Positions 1-19,891 of a DNA stretch of 64,000 bases are shown here, one piece after another. The notes under the pieces are model-generated. The model worked only from the letters and a program-made list of their open reading frames with translations. It had not been told where the DNA came from and searched no databases. Every line of letters begins with the position of its first letter. Position 1 is the stretch's first letter. The translations under genes were made by a program, and so were the position numbers. Origin of the DNA: Candidatus Omnitrophota bacterium (lineage in GTDB: Bacteria; Omnitrophota; Gorgyraeia; 1-14-0-20-64-10); NCBI GenBank assembly GCA_016177405.1, contig JACOVG010000013.1:1858-65857 (forward strand), in the 5' to 3' direction.

Positions 1-511
1 GGTCCACACCCTGACGGGGCAGGAGGAGAAGGTGCGCTCCACCCTGCAGAGCTACGTGGACTCCGGAAAGACCGAGGGCCGGGTCGCCCAGGTGCTGGTG
101 CCGATGGAGCGGGTTTCGGAGGTGAAGGGCGGAAAGAAGAAGATCTCCGACCGGCGGGTTTTTCCCGGTTACGTGCTGGTTCAGATGGACCTGTCCGATG
201 AGACCTGGTACCTCATCAAGAACACCCCCGGGGTGTCCGGATTCGTCGGCTCGGGGGCCAGGCCCGTCCCCCTGAAGGATGAGGAGGTCACGCAGATCCT
301 GCAGGCCGCCCAGGAGAAGATGGAAAAGCCCAGCCCCAAGGTGGTTTTTGAGAAGGGGGAGCCGGTGCGGATCAACGAGGGGCCCTTCAACAACTTCAAC
401 GGGGTGATCGAAGAGGTGAACCCCGAGCGGGGCAAGCTCAAGGTGATGGTCACCATCTTCGGCCGCTCGACCCCGGTGGAGATCGAATACTGGCAGGTGG
501 AGAAGGTTTAA
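1..511 (+). CDS. nusG: Transcription antiterminator NusG, C-terminal part (5' end outside window)
   Basis: KOW-domain sequence [21 protein letters not shown]...; position immediately upstream of rplK. Confidence 0.85.
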   Translation, partial: VHTLTGQEEKVRSTLQSYVDSGKTEGRVAQVLVPMERVSEVKGGKKKISDRRVFPGYVLVQMDLSDETWYLIKNTPGVSGFVGSGARPVPLKDEEVTQILQAAQEKMEKPSPKVVFEKGEPVRINEGPFNNFNGVIEEVNPERGKLKVMVTIFGRSTPVEIEYWQVEKV

Positions 512-515
512 GCCG

Positions 516-941
516 ATGGCGAAAAAGGTCTTGACCACGATCAAGCTCTACTGCCCGGCGGGCCAGGCCAATCCGGCGCCGCCCGTGGGGCCGGCCCTGG
601 GGTCCCACGGCTTGAACATCATGGAGTTCTGCAAGGGTTTCAACGAGAGGACCAAGGCGCAGGAGGGGCTGACCCTGCCGGTCGTGATCACGGCTTACGA
701 GGACCGAAGCTTCACCTTCATCATCAAGAGCCCGCCGGCGTCGGTTCTTTTGAAGCAGGCCTGCGGCATCGCCAAGGCCTCCGGCACGCCCAACAAGGAG
801 AAGGCCGGAAAGGTCCCCCGGGCGAAGGTCCGGGAGATCGCCCAGATGAAGCTGAAGGATCTCAACACCCCCTCCGTGGAGGAAGCGATGAAGCAGGTGG
901 AGGGGACCGCCCGCAGCATGGGGATTGAGGTCGAGGCCTAA
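516..941 (+). CDS. rplK: 50S ribosomal protein L11
   Basis: 141 aa, [10 protein letters not shown] motif, conserved order nusG-rplK-rplA. Confidence 0.95.
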   Translation: MAKKVLTTIKLYCPAGQANPAPPVGPALGSHGLNIMEFCKGFNERTKAQEGLTLPVVITAYEDRSFTFIIKSPPASVLLKQACGIAKASGTPNKEKAGKVPRAKVREIAQMKLKDLNTPSVEEAMKQVEGTARSMGIEVEA

Positions 942-944
942 GCG

Positions 945-1634
945 ATGTCCAAGCGGACCGAGGTGTTTGCCCAAGGGATCGAGAAGGGGAAACGGTACTC
1001 CATCCAGGAGGCCGTCGCTCTCCTGAAGAAGGTCCCGGCCCCCAAATTCGACGAGACGGTCGAGCTGGCCATCGCGCTGGACATCGATCCCAAGCAGAGC
1101 GATCAGGCGGTCCGCGGCACGGTGATCCTTCCCCACGGGACCGGCAGATCGGTGAAGATCCTTGTGATCGCCAAGGGGGATGCCGAGCGGGAAGCGAAGG
1201 AGGCCGGCGCCGATCATGTGGGAGCCGAAGAGCTTCTGGCCAAGATTCAAGGCGGCTGGACCGACTTCGACGTGATGGTGGCCGTTCCGGATCTCATGAA
1301 GGAGGTTGGAAAGCTGGGCAAGGTCTTGGGGCCCAAGGGCCTCATGCCTTCTCCCAAGGCGGGCACCGTGACCGCGGATGTCGGCCGGGCCGTCCAAGAG
1401 CTTAAGAAGGGCAAGGTGGAGTTCAAGGTGGACAAGCAGGGGGACATCCATCTGGGGGTGGGCAAGCGTTCCTTCTCCGAAGAGGCGCTCGCGGCCAACC
1501 TCCGGGCGATTCTGGAGGCGATCTGGCGCGCGAGGCCGGCCTCGGTCAAGGGGCGCTTCGTCTCCGGGATCTCGGTTTCCAGCACCATGGGTCCGGGGAT
1601 TCGGCTGAATCCCCAGGAGGGAAAACAGGAGTGA
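945..1634 (+). CDS. rplA: 50S ribosomal protein L1
   Basis: 229 aa L1 family translation; synteny. Confidence 0.95.
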   Translation: MSKRTEVFAQGIEKGKRYSIQEAVALLKKVPAPKFDETVELAIALDIDPKQSDQAVRGTVILPHGTGRSVKILVIAKGDAEREAKEAGADHVGAEELLAKIQGGWTDFDVMVAVPDLMKEVGKLGKVLGPKGLMPSPKAGTVTADVGRAVQELKKGKVEFKVDKQGDIHLGVGKRSFSEEALAANLRAILEAIWRARPASVKGRFVSGISVSSTMGPGIRLNPQEGKQE

Positions 1635-2185
1635 TGAGCGCCGAAACCACCAAGGCGCGCCTGGGGCAGAAGGTCCGGGCCGGTCTGGTGAGGGATCTCA
1701 AGGGCGCCTTGCAGGGGGCCGACACCGTGGTGGTGGCCCGGATTGCGAAGACGCCGTCCAGGGACCTCAACCGGCTGCGCATAAACCTCAAGGAGATCCA
1801 GGCGAATCTGGTTTTGACCAAGAACTCCTTTTCGCGGCTGGTCTTCAAGGACTTGGGGCTAAGCGCCCTGGAAGAGCACCTGCAAGGGACCTGCGGTTTA
1901 AGCCCGATCCGCGGGGATGTGGTCCGGGCGGCCCGGCTGCTGTCCGACTTCGCCAAGGATCACGAGGGCTTCACGCTGGCCGGGGGCGTCTATAGAGGAA
2001 AGAAGATTTCTTCCCAGGAGCTGGCGGTTCTGGCCAGGCTCCCCTCGCGCGAGGTGCTCTTGAGCCAGGTGTTTGCCGGGATGAAGGCGCCCATGTCGGG
2101 GTTGGTGGGGGTCTTGAAGGGGGTGGAGCGCAAGCTGGTTGGCATACTTCATGCGATAACGGTTTCGAAAGGAAAAGGGGGTTAA
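1631..2185 (+). CDS. rplJ: 50S ribosomal protein L10
   Basis: 184 aa; GTG at 1631 or ATG at 1634 overlapping the rplA stop; precedes rplL. Confidence 0.85.
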   Translation: MMSAETTKARLGQKVRAGLVRDLKGALQGADTVVVARIAKTPSRDLNRLRINLKEIQANLVLTKNSFSRLVFKDLGLSALEEHLQGTCGLSPIRGDVVRAARLLSDFAKDHEGFTLAGGVYRGKKISSQELAVLARLPSREVLLSQVFAGMKAPMSGLVGVLKGVERKLVGILHAITVSKGKGG

Positions 2186-2187
2186 CC

Positions 2188-2600
2188 ATGTCCACGGAAA
2201 CGAAGACGGTTGAAGTGACGGAAAAGATGGGCCAGATGATCTCGACCATCGAGTCGATGACGGTCTTGGAGCTCTCGCAGCTTGTCAAGGCCCTGGAGGA
2301 GAAGTTCGGCGTGACGGCCGCCATGCCGATGGCCGCGGGCGCCGCGGCTGGCGCGGGAGCGGCCGGCGCGGGCGCTGCCGCCGCGGAGGAAAAGACCTCC
2401 TTCGATGTCATCCTGGCCGAGGTGGGAGCCAACAAGATTCAGGTCATCAAGGAGCTTCGCGCGGTGACGAGCCTGGGGCTGAAGGAGGCCAAGGATCTGG
2501 TGGATTCGGCCCCCAAGCCGATCAAGGCGGGCGCCTCCAAGGATGAGGCCAAGACGATGAAGGAAAAACTGGAAGCGGTCGGCGCCAAGGTCGAGCTGAA

Positions 2601-2604
<4 letters not shown>
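2188..2604 (+). CDS. rplL: 50S ribosomal protein L7/L12
   Basis: 138 aa, Ala-rich hinge, C-terminal KEAKDLVD...GAKVELK. Confidence 0.95.
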
Positions 2605-7987
<5,383 letters not shown>

Positions 7988-7999
7988 GAGGAGAGGGAG

Positions 8000-10441
<2,442 letters not shown>

Positions 10442-10446
10442 GGCCC

Positions 10447-10824
10447 ATGTGCCCGACCATCTCACAGCTGATCCGAAAGGGCAGGCGCGAGAAGTCCAAG
10501 CGCTCAAAATCTCCGGCCCTTCAGGGCAGGCCGCAGGTGAGGGGGGTTTGTCTTCAGGTGAAGACCATGACCCCCAAGAAGCCCAACTCCGCCTTGCGCA
10601 AGATCTCCCGCGTCAGGCTCACCAACGGGGTGGAGGTCACCTCCTACATCCCCGGGGAGGGCCACAACCTGCAGGAGCACTCGATCGTTCTGGTGCGCGG
10701 CGGAAGGGTCAAGGACCTTCCCGGCGTCCGGTACCACATTGTGCGGGGCACCCTGGATGCCTCCGGGGTGAACCAGCGGCGGAAGTCCCGATCCAAGTAC
10801 GGGGCCAAGAGGCCTAAGGAATAA
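10447..10824 (+). CDS. rpsL: 30S ribosomal protein S12
   Basis: 125 aa, [11 protein letters not shown]...[10 protein letters not shown]. Confidence 0.95.
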   Translation: MCPTISQLIRKGRREKSKRSKSPALQGRPQVRGVCLQVKTMTPKKPNSALRKISRVRLTNGVEVTSYIPGEGHNLQEHSIVLVRGGRVKDLPGVRYHIVRGTLDASGVNQRRKSRSKYGAKRPKE

Positions 10825-10827
10825 GCG

Positions 10828-11295
10828 ATGAGACGACGCCGAACCGACAAGAGAGTCACGCCGTTAGATCCCCGCTACGGCTCAAGGCTCATCGCCCGCT
10901 TCGTCAACATGGTGATGAAGGAAGGCAAGAAATCGATCGCCGAGGGGATCGTCTATGGGGCGCTGGACGAGGGGGCGGCCAAGCTGAAGGTGCAGCCGCT
11001 CGACCTCTTCCAGAAGGCGGTGGAGAACGCCCGTCCCTTGGTGGAGGTGAAGTCCCGCCGGGTGGGGGGCGCCACCTATCAGGTTCCGGTGGAGGTGCGG
11101 CATGACCGGGGCACCTTCATCGCGCTGCGCTGGATCCGCGATTTCGCGCGGGGCCGGGCCGGCAAACCGATGAAGGATCGTCTCCTGGAGGAGATCGTGG
11201 CCGCCTACCAGGGGCAGGGTTCCTCGGTCAAGCGGAAAGAGGACATGCACCGGATGGCCGAGGCGAACAAGGCGTTCAGTCATTATCGTTGGTAA
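10828..11295 (+). CDS. rpsG: 30S ribosomal protein S7
   Basis: 155 aa, S7 family. Confidence 0.95.
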   Translation: MRRRRTDKRVTPLDPRYGSRLIARFVNMVMKEGKKSIAEGIVYGALDEGAAKLKVQPLDLFQKAVENARPLVEVKSRRVGGATYQVPVEVRHDRGTFIALRWIRDFARGRAGKPMKDRLLEEIVAAYQGQGSSVKRKEDMHRMAEANKAFSHYRW

Positions 11296-11299
11296 TCCC

Positions 11300-13402
11300 A
11301 TGGCAGACACCACTTATCCTTTAGAGAAGACGCGCAACATCGGGATCGTGGCCCACATCGACGCGGGCAAGACCACGACCACCGAGCGGATCCTCTATTA
11401 CACCGGGCGCCTCCACAAGATGGGCGAGGTGCATGATGGAACGACCCAGATGGACTGGATGCCCCAGGAGCAGGAGCGGGGCATCACCATCACCTCGGCG
11501 TGCACCGCCTGTTTTTGGAAGGAGCATAGGATCAACATCATCGACACCCCCGGACACGTGGATTTCACCATCGAGGTGGAGCGTTCTCTCAAGGTGCTGG
11601 ACGGCTGTGTCGTGATCTTCGACGGGGTGAGCGGGGTGGAGCCCCAGTCCGAGACGGTTTGGCGCCAGGCGGACCGCTACCAAGTGCCCAGGCTCGCCTA
11701 CGTCAACAAGATGGACCGGGTCGGGGCCGATTTCTTCATGACGGTCCACCAGATCGCCGAGCGCTGCGGGGCGGTGCCGGTGCCGGTCCAGCTTCCCATC
11801 GGGGCGGAGGCCGGCTTCAAGGGGATGGTGGATCTGATCCGGGGCAAGGCCCGGATTTACCTGGATGATCTGGGAAAGGAGTTCCGGGAGGAAGATCCGC
11901 CGCCGGCGATGCAGGCCCAGATCCAGGAGTGGCGCACCAAGCTCTTTGAGAGGTTGGCCGAGGCCGACGACGTCATCATGGAGGCCTTCGCCCACGACCA
12001 GAAGGTCGAGCCCGACCAGATCATGGCCGCCTTGAGGCGCGCCACGGTGGCCAACCGGATTGTACCGGTTCTGTGCGGCTCCTCCTTCAAGAACAAGGGG
12101 GTGCAGCCCCTGTTGGACGCGGTGGTGGACTATCTGCCCAGCCCCCTGGACATCCCGCCCATCCAGGGGACCGATCCGGAAACCGGCGAGAAGATCGAGC
12201 GCAAGACCCTGCCGGAAGAGCCCTTCTGCGGGCTGGCCTTCAAGATCATGAGCGACGCCTTTGTGGGGAAGCTCACCTTCATCCGGGTCTACTCCGGCAG
12301 GCTCACCTCCGGCAGCTACGTCTACAACGCCAACCGCGAAGAGAAGGAGCGGATCGGCAAGCTGGTTCGGATGCACGCCAACAAGCAGGAGATCATCGAT
12401 TCGATCTCGGCCGGCGACATCGCCGCGGCGGTGGGCTTGAAGCAGACCAAGACCGGCGAGACGGTTTGCGACGAGGATAAGCCGATCGTCCTGCAGTCGA
12501 TGCATTTCCCCGAACCGGTGGTCTCGCTGGCGATCGAGCCGGAGACCTCGCTGGACCAGGACAAATTGGGTTTGTCTCTGGCCAAGCTGCAGGAGGAGGA
12601 TCCCTCCTTCCGGGTGACCTACAACCAGGAGACGGCCCAGACGATCATCTCGGGCATGGGTGAGCTTCATTTGGAGATCGTCATGGACCGTCTGAAGCGG
12701 GAGTTCAAGGTGGGGGCCACGGTGGGCCGTCCGGAGGTGGCCTACAAGGAGACGATCACCAAGTCGGTGGAGTCGGTGGGCAAGTTCATTCAGCAGTCGG
12801 GCGGACGGGGCCAGTACGGCCACGTGGAGTTCCTCATCGAGCCGGCCGAACGGGGCCAGGGCGTTCAATTCGTCAATAAGGTCGTGGGGGGTGCCATCCC
12901 CAAGGAGTATATCCCGGCCGTCAAGGAGGGTGTTTTTGAGGCGGCCCGGACCGGGGTGCTGGCCGGCTACCCGGTGATTGACATGGTGGTGACGCTGCAC
13001 GACGGCTCTTACCACGATGTGGACTCCTCGGAGATCGCCTTCAAGCTGGCGGCCTCCATTGGCCTGAAGGACGGTCTTCGCAGGGCCAGCCCCCAGCTTT
13101 TGGAGCCGATCATGAATTTGGAGGTGGTGGTTCCGGAGGAGTATCTGGGACCGGTGGTGGGCGATTTGAGCTCCCGCCGCTGCCGGATTGTCGAGATGAC
13201 CCAGCGGGCCAACGCCAAGGTCATCAAGGGAGAGGTCCCCCTGGCCGAGATGCTGGGGTACGCCACGGTGATCCGTTCGCTGTCGCAGGGAAGGGCCACT
13301 TACACGATGGAGCCGTTGGCTTATTTGCCCGTGCCCCGGAACGTTCAGGAGGAAATCACCACGCGCAAGGCGGCCGCCGGAACACCGGCCGGCCGGCGTT
13401 AG
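11300..13402 (+). CDS. fusA: Elongation factor G
   Basis: 700 aa, G-domain [17 protein letters not shown]. Confidence 0.95.
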   Translation: MADTTYPLEKTRNIGIVAHIDAGKTTTTERILYYTGRLHKMGEVHDGTTQMDWMPQEQERGITITSACTACFWKEHRINIIDTPGHVDFTIEVERSLKVLDGCVVIFDGVSGVEPQSETVWRQADRYQVPRLAYVNKMDRVGADFFMTVHQIAERCGAVPVPVQLPIGAEAGFKGMVDLIRGKARIYLDDLGKEFREEDPPPAMQAQIQEWRTKLFERLAEADDVIMEAFAHDQKVEPDQIMAALRRATVANRIVPVLCGSSFKNKGVQPLLDAVVDYLPSPLDIPPIQGTDPETGEKIERKTLPEEPFCGLAFKIMSDAFVGKLTFIRVYSGRLTSGSYVYNANREEKERIGKLVRMHANKQEIIDSISAGDIAAAVGLKQTKTGETVCDEDKPIVLQSMHFPEPVVSLAIEPETSLDQDKLGLSLAKLQEEDPSFRVTYNQETAQTIISGMGELHLEIVMDRLKREFKVGATVGRPEVAYKETITKSVESVGKFIQQSGGRGQYGHVEFLIEPAERGQGVQFVNKVVGGAIPKEYIPAVKEGVFEAARTGVLAGYPVIDMVVTLHDGSYHDVDSSEIAFKLAASIGLKDGLRRASPQLLEPIMNLEVVVPEEYLGPVVGDLSSRRCRIVEMTQRANAKVIKGEVPLAEMLGYATVIRSLSQGRATYTMEPLAYLPVPRNVQEEITTRKAAAGTPAGRR

Positions 13403-13420
13403 CCCAAAGGTGGATACCCC

Positions 13421-13729
13421 ATGAGCCAAGCGCCTCGGATTCGAATCAAATTGAGAGCCTTTGACCACCGGATCTTGGATCGGTCGGCCGCCGAGATTGT
13501 GGAGACGGCGCGCCGGACAGGCGCCGCCGTGGCGGGCCCGGTTCCCCTGCCCACCAAGCGGGAGATCTTCACGGTCTTGAGGTCGCCGCACGTCGACAAG
13601 AAGTCGCGGGAGCAGTTCGCGCTGAAGACCCACAAGCGGCTGCTGGACATCGTGAACCCCACTTCCAAGACGGTGGAGGCCCTAAGAAAGCTGGACCTGC
13701 CCGCCGGGGTGGACGTGGAGATCAAATGA
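13421..13729 (+). CDS. rpsJ: 30S ribosomal protein S10
   Basis: 102 aa; follows fusA directly, no tuf in between. Confidence 0.95.
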   Translation: MSQAPRIRIKLRAFDHRILDRSAAEIVETARRTGAAVAGPVPLPTKREIFTVLRSPHVDKKSREQFALKTHKRLLDIVNPTSKTVEALRKLDLPAGVDVEIK

Positions 13730-14415
13730 AGCCCGGCGTCGGTTTGATCGGCAAGAAGCTTGGCATGACGACCGTTTTTCGGGAGGACGGCCGCCCCGTG
13801 CCGGTCACCGTTCTGGAGGCCGGCCCCTGCAAGGTGACGGCCGCCAAGACCGAGGAAACCGACGGATACCGGGCCGTCCAATTGGGCTTTGAAGGCTTGA
13901 AGAGAAAGAAGGTGCTCCGGGAATTCAGGCTGGCCAAGGAGGAAAAGCACGAGGTCGGCTCCACCGTGACGGTGGAGCTCTTCAAGGCGGGCGACCGGGT
14001 GGATGTGACCGGGACCTCGGTGGGCCAGGGGTTTCAGGGCGGCGTCAAGCGCTGGCATTGGAAGGGGGGTCCGCAAACCCACGGTTCGATGTCTCACCGG
14101 CGCCCCGGCTCCATCGGCTCCAGCACCGACCCCTCGAGGGTTTTCAAGGGGCATCACCTCCCGGGCCGGATGGGCGGGGAGCGCGTCACCACCCAGGCCC
14201 TGGAGATTGTCCGGGTCGATTCGGCCAATCACCTGCTTCTGGTGAAGGGTTCGGTCCCGGGCCATGAGGAGGCGCTGGTCTTGATCCGAAAGTCGAGGAA
14301 GCCTCCGCGGGTTCCGGCAGCGCGGCCTGCCTCGGCCAAGAAGAAAGAAACCAAGGCGGCGGCCCCCGCGAAGGAAAAGAAGGCGGCGGCCCCGGCGCCG
14401 GGAGCCAAGAAGTGA
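13726..14415 (+). CDS. rplC: 50S ribosomal protein L3 with Lys/Ala-rich C-terminal tail
   Basis: 229 aa; ~25-aa [25 protein letters not shown] extension. Confidence 0.95.
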   Translation: MKPGVGLIGKKLGMTTVFREDGRPVPVTVLEAGPCKVTAAKTEETDGYRAVQLGFEGLKRKKVLREFRLAKEEKHEVGSTVTVELFKAGDRVDVTGTSVGQGFQGGVKRWHWKGGPQTHGSMSHRRPGSIGSSTDPSRVFKGHHLPGRMGGERVTTQALEIVRVDSANHLLLVKGSVPGHEEALVLIRKSRKPPRVPAARPASAKKKETKAAAPAKEKKAAAPAPGAKK

Positions 14416-15038
14416 CGCCCGAAACGATCGCGCTCCATGACGCGCAGGGACAATCCACCGGGACGGTTCCGGTTCCGGCCGGTTTCACCGGGCCGGTGGA
14501 CAAGGCTATTCTTTGGCAGGCGATCCGGATGTATCTGGCCAACCAGCGGCAGGGTACGGCCGATACCAAGACCCGGGGCGAGGTTCAAGGCGGCGGCAGG
14601 AAGCCCTGGAAGCAGAAGCACACCGGGCGGGCCAGGGCCGGTTCGATCCGTTCGCCGATCTGGCGAAAGGGTGGAATCGTTTTCGGGCCGCACCCGAGGG
14701 AGTACCGGTATGAGCTGCCCAAGGGTTTGCGTCAGAGGGCGTTGGTGGAAAGCTTAAAGGCAAAGTTTCAGGCGGGGGAGCTGGTCGTGGTGGAGGGTTT
14801 GGACACCCTGGAGCCCAAGACGCGCCCCCTGGGGCGTCTGTTGACGAAGCTGGGGGTCACCGCCAAGGCCTTGGTGGTGATGGATCGGCCCAACCCCATC
14901 CTGGCGAGAATTTCCAGAAACCTGCCGGGCGTCTGGGTGAAGCCGGTTTCCGATTTGAACTGCCACGATGTCCTTCGGTCGAACAAGCTGGTGGTGACCG
15001 CCGCGGCCTTGAAGCAAATCGGGGGGCTTCAGGAATGA
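14412..15038 (+). CDS. rplD: 50S ribosomal protein L4
   Basis: 208 aa, L4 family. Confidence 0.9.
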   Translation: MTPETIALHDAQGQSTGTVPVPAGFTGPVDKAILWQAIRMYLANQRQGTADTKTRGEVQGGGRKPWKQKHTGRARAGSIRSPIWRKGGIVFGPHPREYRYELPKGLRQRALVESLKAKFQAGELVVVEGLDTLEPKTRPLGRLLTKLGVTAKALVVMDRPNPILARISRNLPGVWVKPVSDLNCHDVLRSNKLVVTAAALKQIGGLQE

Positions 15039-15316
15039 GCCAGGCCGCCGATGTGATCCGCACCCTTTTGCGGACCGAAAAGGGAACCCGGGGGCAGGCC
15101 CAGCGCCAATACCTTTTTAAGGTGGATCCCCGGTCCAACAAGCATCAGATCAAGCAGGCGGTGCAGGAGCTTTTCAAGGTGAAGGTTTCTTCGGTGAACA
15201 CCATTCAGATGATGGGCAAGCCCCGCCGCATGGGGCGTTCGTGGGGCCATCGGCCCAACTGGAAGAAGGCGATGGTCACCCTGGCGGAGGGTTCCAAGAT
15301 CGAGGTGGCGAGCTAA
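15035..15316 (+). CDS. rplW: 50S ribosomal protein L23
   Basis: 93 aa, L23 family. Confidence 0.9.
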   Translation: MSQAADVIRTLLRTEKGTRGQAQRQYLFKVDPRSNKHQIKQAVQELFKVKVSSVNTIQMMGKPRRMGRSWGHRPNWKKAMVTLAEGSKIEVAS

Positions 15317-15318
15317 CC

Positions 15319-16146
15319 ATGGGCAACCGAGAGTACAAGCCTTACACCCCCTCCCGCCGGCACATGACCGGCTCAGACTTCAAGGAGATCACGAAGGATA
15401 GGCCCGAGAAGAGCCTGGTGGTCCCCCGCAAGTCTTCCGGGGGCCGAAACAACCGTGGGCGCGTCACCGTGCGCCACCGGGGCGGGGGGCACAAGCGGAT
15501 GATCCGGCTGATCGATTTCAAAAGGGATCGGCGGGATGTGAGCGCCCGGGTGATCGCGATCGAGTACGATCCCAACCGGTCCGCCAGGCTCGCTTTGCTG
15601 GAGTATCCGGATGGCGAGCGGCGCTACATCGTGGCTCCCAAGGAGCTGGCCGTTGGGGCGGCCCTCATGGCAGGGGAGAATGTCGAGGTGGCGGTCGGCA
15701 ATTCCCTGCCGTTGAAGAACATTCCTTTGGGCACCATGGTTCACAACGTGGAGCTTCAGCCGGGCCGGGGCGCCCAGATGGTCCGATCGGCGGGGGCCGC
15801 CGCCCAGGTGCTGGCCAAGGAGGGGGCGAACGCCACGCTAAGACTTCCCTCCGGCGAGATTCGGATGGTCGCGCAGGAGTGCTACGCCACGGTCGGCCAG
15901 GTGGGGAACGTGGAGCATGAGACGATCTCTATCGGCAAGGCCGGCCGGTCCCGGTGGATGGGCCGAAGGCCTCACACGCGGGGTTTGGCGATGAATCCTC
16001 ACGACCATCCCCACGGAGGCGGGGAAGGCAAGTCCGGGCAGGGCAACCCCCACCCGGTTTCCCCCTGGGGCCAGCCGACCAAGGGCTTCAAGACGCGCTC
16101 GAAACGCAAGGTGAGCGACCGCTGGATCGTGAAGAGGAGAAACTAA
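15319..16146 (+). CDS. rplB: 50S ribosomal protein L2
   Basis: Start at ATG 15319 ([14 protein letters not shown]...); the ORF track's upstream extension overlaps rplW and is rejected. Confidence 0.95.
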   Translation: MGNREYKPYTPSRRHMTGSDFKEITKDRPEKSLVVPRKSSGGRNNRGRVTVRHRGGGHKRMIRLIDFKRDRRDVSARVIAIEYDPNRSARLALLEYPDGERRYIVAPKELAVGAALMAGENVEVAVGNSLPLKNIPLGTMVHNVELQPGRGAQMVRSAGAAAQVLAKEGANATLRLPSGEIRMVAQECYATVGQVGNVEHETISIGKAGRSRWMGRRPHTRGLAMNPHDHPHGGGEGKSGQGNPHPVSPWGQPTKGFKTRSKRKVSDRWIVKRRN

Positions 16147-16149
16147 ACG

Positions 16150-16437
16150 ATGGGACGTTCGGTTTCCAAGGGGCCGTTCGTGGATGTCAAGCTCATGAAG
16201 AAGATCGAAAGGCTTGCCGCTTCCGGCGACCGCAAGCCCATCAAGACCTGGTCCCGGCGTTCCACCGTGACGCCCGATTTTGTGGGACACACCTTTTTGG
16301 TGCATAACGGCAACAAGTTTCTTCCGGTCTTTGTGACGGAGAACATGGTCGGGCACAAGCTGGGCGAGTTTTCTCCGACCCGCACCTTCAAGAAGCATGG
16401 GGTCAAGGGGGTCACCAAGCCTCCCGCCCCCACGTAA
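16150..16437 (+). CDS. rpsS: 30S ribosomal protein S19
   Basis: 95 aa. Confidence 0.95.
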   Translation: MGRSVSKGPFVDVKLMKKIERLAASGDRKPIKTWSRRSTVTPDFVGHTFLVHNGNKFLPVFVTENMVGHKLGEFSPTRTFKKHGVKGVTKPPAPT

Positions 16438-16448
16438 AAGGAAAAGCC

Positions 16449-16793
16449 ATGGTTTCCAAAGCGCAGGGAAAATTCTTACCGGTCACGCCCAGGAAGGTGC
16501 GGCTCGTTCTTCGGCTGGTCCGAGGCATCGAGGTTCCCCGTGCCCAGGCCATTCTCTCGAATCTGCCCAAGGGGGCGTGCGAGCCGATCGCCAAGGTTTT
16601 GAACTCGGCGGTGTCCAACGCGACCCGGACCGGCGCCTGGAGCGCCGAGCAGCTTTTTATCGCCCGCGCCCTGGCCGACGAGGGTCCCATGGCGACCCGC
16701 TACCGGGCCGGGCCCATGGGCCGGGCCATGCCGTTTCGGAAGCGCTTTTGCCACATCACGATTGAATTGGACGGGCTGCCCCATGGGTCATAA
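16449..16793 (+). CDS. rplV: 50S ribosomal protein L22
   Basis: 114 aa. Confidence 0.9.
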   Translation: MVSKAQGKFLPVTPRKVRLVLRLVRGIEVPRAQAILSNLPKGACEPIAKVLNSAVSNATRTGAWSAEQLFIARALADEGPMATRYRAGPMGRAMPFRKRFCHITIELDGLPHGS

Positions 16794-17442
16794 AGTCCCC
16801 CCGTTGGGGAATCGGCTGGGGATCACCAAGACCTGGATTTCCCGCTGGTACTCCAAGCGGCAGGGTTTCCCGAAGCTCCTGGTGGAGGACGATAAAATCC
16901 GAAGGCACCTGAAGAGCGGGCTTGCCAACGCGGCGGTCTCGAAGGTGGAGATCGAGCGGACCGCGAGCAAGGTCCGGGTGATCATCCACTCGGCCCGGCC
17001 GGGCCTCGTGATCGGGCGCCGAGGGGCCGACATCGACCGCCTTCGGGACGAGCTCCACTCCCTGACGCACCGGGAGCTTACGATCGACATCAAGGAGGTC
17101 AAGAACCCCGCCGTCGACGCGCAGCTGACGGCCGAGAACATTGCCTTTCAGCTGGAGCGGCAGATCAGTTTCCGCAGGGCGATGAAGCGGTCGGTCCAGA
17201 CGGCGATGAACTCCGGCGCCTTGGGGATCCGGGTCCGCTGCGGCGGCCGGCTGGGTGGAGCGGAGATGTCCCGTGTCGAAAGCTACCGGGACGGCAAGAT
17301 TCCCCTTGGGACCTTCCGGGCCGATATCGAGATGGGTTTCGCCGAGGCCAAGACCACCTACGGCAGGATCGGTGTGAAGTGCTGGATCTATAAGGGAGAC
17401 ACGGTTCTGGAGAGCTCGGCAAGCCATGGCACTCGTACCTAA
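16783..17442 (+). CDS. rpsC: 30S ribosomal protein S3
   Basis: Start at [14 protein letters not shown] (ATG 16783), KH domain. Confidence 0.9.
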   Translation: MGHKVPPLGNRLGITKTWISRWYSKRQGFPKLLVEDDKIRRHLKSGLANAAVSKVEIERTASKVRVIIHSARPGLVIGRRGADIDRLRDELHSLTHRELTIDIKEVKNPAVDAQLTAENIAFQLERQISFRRAMKRSVQTAMNSGALGIRVRCGGRLGGAEMSRVESYRDGKIPLGTFRADIEMGFAEAKTTYGRIGVKCWIYKGDTVLESSASHGTRT

Positions 17443-17842
17443 GAGGGTCAAATACCGAAAGGCCCAGCGGGGCCGCCGGAAGGGCATGGCCTCCCGCGGA
17501 GCCTTCGTCAATTTCGGGGAATTCGGCCTGCAGTCTCTGGCCAACGGCTGGATCACCAACCAGCAGCTCGAGGCGGCCCGGGTGGCCCTGACCCGGCATG
17601 TCAAAAGGGGCGGAAGGGTTTATCTGCGCGTTTTTCCGGACAAGCCGGTCACCAAGAAACCGGCCGAGACCCGGATGGGGAAGGGCAAGGGCATGCCGGA
17701 ATTCTGGGTGGCGGTGATCCGCAGGGGGAGGGTTTTGTTTGAGATGGAAGGGATTCCCGAAGAGCTGGCCAAGGAGGCCTTGAGGCTGGCCGCGGCGAAA
17801 CTGCCGCTTAGAACGCGGTTTGTGGTTCGCCAGGCGGCCTAA
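17426..17842 (+). CDS. rplP: 50S ribosomal protein L16
   Basis: 138 aa. Confidence 0.9.
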   Translation: MALVPKRVKYRKAQRGRRKGMASRGAFVNFGEFGLQSLANGWITNQQLEAARVALTRHVKRGGRVYLRVFPDKPVTKKPAETRMGKGKGMPEFWVAVIRRGRVLFEMEGIPEELAKEALRLAAAKLPLRTRFVVRQAA

Positions 17843-17845
17843 GCG

Positions 17846-18052
17846 ATGAAAACCTCGGAGTTGAGGCCCTTGGCGGTCGACGAGCTTTCCATCAAGGTGG
17901 GGGCGCTGAAGAAAGAGCTTTTTGATCTGCGCATGCAGCAGGCCGCCGGGAAATTGGATAAGCCGCATCGGATGCGCGAGGTTCGGCGCGACATCGCCCG
18001 GATGAAGACCTTAATGGGCGAAGCAACCAGAAAGGACGCTGTCTCCAAATGA
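17846..18052 (+). CDS. rpmC: 50S ribosomal protein L29
   Basis: 68 aa. Confidence 0.9.
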   Translation: MKTSELRPLAVDELSIKVGALKKELFDLRMQQAAGKLDKPHRMREVRRDIARMKTLMGEATRKDAVSK

Positions 18053-18441
18053 CCCTCGGGGTTGGAAGAAGGCATCTGACTGGCATCGTGGTTTCCGACC
18101 GGATGACCCGGACGGTGGTCATTCGGGTGACCCGCCTGGTGAGCCACCCGGTCTATGGGCGGGTGACTCGCCGCTTTAAGAAGTTCAAGGCCGACACGGG
18201 TCAGCATCTGCCTCGGTTGGGCGACGAGGTGCGCGTTGAGGAATCCCGGCCCCTGTCGAAGGACAAGCGCTGGCGGGTGGTGGAGGTTTTGCGCCGGGGA
18301 GTGGGTTTGGTGGAGGACCGGGAGGCCGAGCGGGTCAAAGAGCTGGAGGCGGTGGGCGCCACCCGGGTCAAGGTTCATCCGAAGCCGGCGCCGGCTGCCG
18401 CTGACGAGCCCGTGAAACCCTCCCAGGAGGCGGCGCCATGA
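18049..18441 (+). CDS. rpsQ: 30S ribosomal protein S17 with ~45-aa Pro/Ala-rich C-terminal extension
   Basis: 130 aa vs ~85 typical. Confidence 0.9.
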   Translation: MTLGVGRRHLTGIVVSDRMTRTVVIRVTRLVSHPVYGRVTRRFKKFKADTGQHLPRLGDEVRVEESRPLSKDKRWRVVEVLRRGVGLVEDREAERVKELEAVGATRVKVHPKPAPAAADEPVKPSQEAAP

Positions 18442-18806
18442 TCCGGATGCGCTCGATCCTCGCGGTGGCCGACAACACCGGGGTCAAGAGGGCCTCCATG
18501 ATCGGCGTCTTGGGCGTCCATGGCAAGTTGTGGGCCATGGTCGGCGACGTCATCACGGCCAACGTCAAGGAGACGGCACCCGATTCGGCCATCAAGAAGG
18601 GCGAGGTGGTTCACGCGGTGGTGGTCCGGACCACGGCTCCGATCCGCAGGTCCGACGGCTCCACGCTGCGTTTTGACACCAATGCCGCGGTGATCATCGA
18701 CGACAAGAAGAACCCCAGGGGCACCCGGATTTTTGGGCCGGTGGCCCGGGAGTTGAGAGACCGGAAGTTCACCAAGATTGTTTCGCTGGCTCCGGAGGCG
18801 ATCTGA
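18438..18806 (+). CDS. rplN: 50S ribosomal protein L14
   Basis: 122 aa. Confidence 0.95.
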   Translation: MIRMRSILAVADNTGVKRASMIGVLGVHGKLWAMVGDVITANVKETAPDSAIKKGEVVHAVVVRTTAPIRRSDGSTLRFDTNAAVIIDDKKNPRGTRIFGPVARELRDRKFTKIVSLAPEAI

Positions 18807-19117
18807 TGTTTCGCGTCCGGCGCAACGACACCGTCATGGTGACCACCGGAAAGGACCGGGGAAAGAAGGGAAAGCTCCTTCGCCTTTTTCCCGAGGCGGG
18901 CAAGGGTTTGGTGGAGGGGCTGAACCTCGTGAAGAAGCATTTGAAGCGTTCCCAGGCCAACCCCCAGGGGGCCATCTTGAGCCGCGAATCTCCGCTGCCG
19001 CTGGCCAAGGTTCAGCCGGTATGCCCCAAGTGCGGGCGGGGGGTCCGGGTGGGCTTCAAGCGGCTTCAGGACGGTACCAAGACCAGAGTCTGTGTCCGCT
19101 GCCGGGAGGCCTTCTGA
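18806..19117 (+). CDS. rplX: 50S ribosomal protein L24 (KOW) with C-terminal CxxC...CxxC motif
   Basis: 103 aa; CPKCGRGVRVGF...RVCVRC. Confidence 0.9.
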   Translation: MFRVRRNDTVMVTTGKDRGKKGKLLRLFPEAGKGLVEGLNLVKKHLKRSQANPQGAILSRESPLPLAKVQPVCPKCGRGVRVGFKRLQDGTKTRVCVRCREAF

Positions 19118-19698
19118 TGCCTGGAGTGGAGGTCAAGACGGCGGCCGCGCCCGCGCCCAGACTCCTCACGCGCTACCGCAAAGAGATGGTGCCGGAGCTC
19201 ATGAAGAAGTTTGCTCTTCGTAATCCCATGGAGGTCCCCCGGGTGACCAAGGTGGTGATCAACATGGGGGTGGGCCAGGGGGCCCAGGATGTGAAGGTGA
19301 TCGAGCAGGCCTCCCGCGAGCTGGGGCTGATCACGGGGCAGAAACCCCTGATGACAAAATCCAAGAAGGCGATCTCCAATTTCAAGATCAGGGAGGGCCA
19401 GCCGGTGGGCCTGAAGGTCACCTTACGCCGGGCCCGAATGTATGAATTCTTGGACCGGCTCTTCAACGTCGCCATGCCCCGGATCCGGGATTTTCGGGGG
19501 GTGAACCCGGAGGGGCTCGACGGATACGGGAACTTCGCTTTTGGGCTTTCCGAGCAGCTCATCTTCACGGAGATTGACTTCGACAAGGTGACTCGGGTGC
19601 AGGGAATGGACATTGTGATTTGCACGAACGCCAAGTCCCGGGAGGCTTGCTTGGAGCTCTTGAAGCTTCTGGGGATGCCTTTTAAGGGGGAGCGTTAA
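19117..19698 (+). CDS. rplE: 50S ribosomal protein L5
   Basis: Start at ATG 19117 overlapping the rplX stop; upstream ORF extension rejected. Confidence 0.9.
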   Translation: MPGVEVKTAAAPAPRLLTRYRKEMVPELMKKFALRNPMEVPRVTKVVINMGVGQGAQDVKVIEQASRELGLITGQKPLMTKSKKAISNFKIREGQPVGLKVTLRRARMYEFLDRLFNVAMPRIRDFRGVNPEGLDGYGNFAFGLSEQLIFTEIDFDKVTRVQGMDIVICTNAKSREACLELLKLLGMPFKGER

Positions 19699-19884
19699 GT
19701 GGCCAAGAAAGGGAAGCTCCAGACCTGGAAGCTGCCGGCCAAGTTTCCGGTTCGCCGCCGGAGCCGGTGCAATCTTTGCGGAAGGCCCCGGGCGGTCTAT
19801 CGGAAGTTTGGCATCTGCCGCATCTGCTTCAGGGAGAAGGCCCACCGGGGCGAGATCCCTGGGCTGGTGAAGGCGAGCTGGTGA
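19699..19884 (+). CDS. rpsN: 30S ribosomal protein S14 type Z (zinc-binding, 61 aa)
   Basis: CNLCGRP...CRIC Cys4; GTG start. Confidence 0.9.
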   Translation: MAKKGKLQTWKLPAKFPVRRRSRCNLCGRPRAVYRKFGICRICFREKAHRGEIPGLVKASW

Positions 19885-19891
19885 GGAGCCG

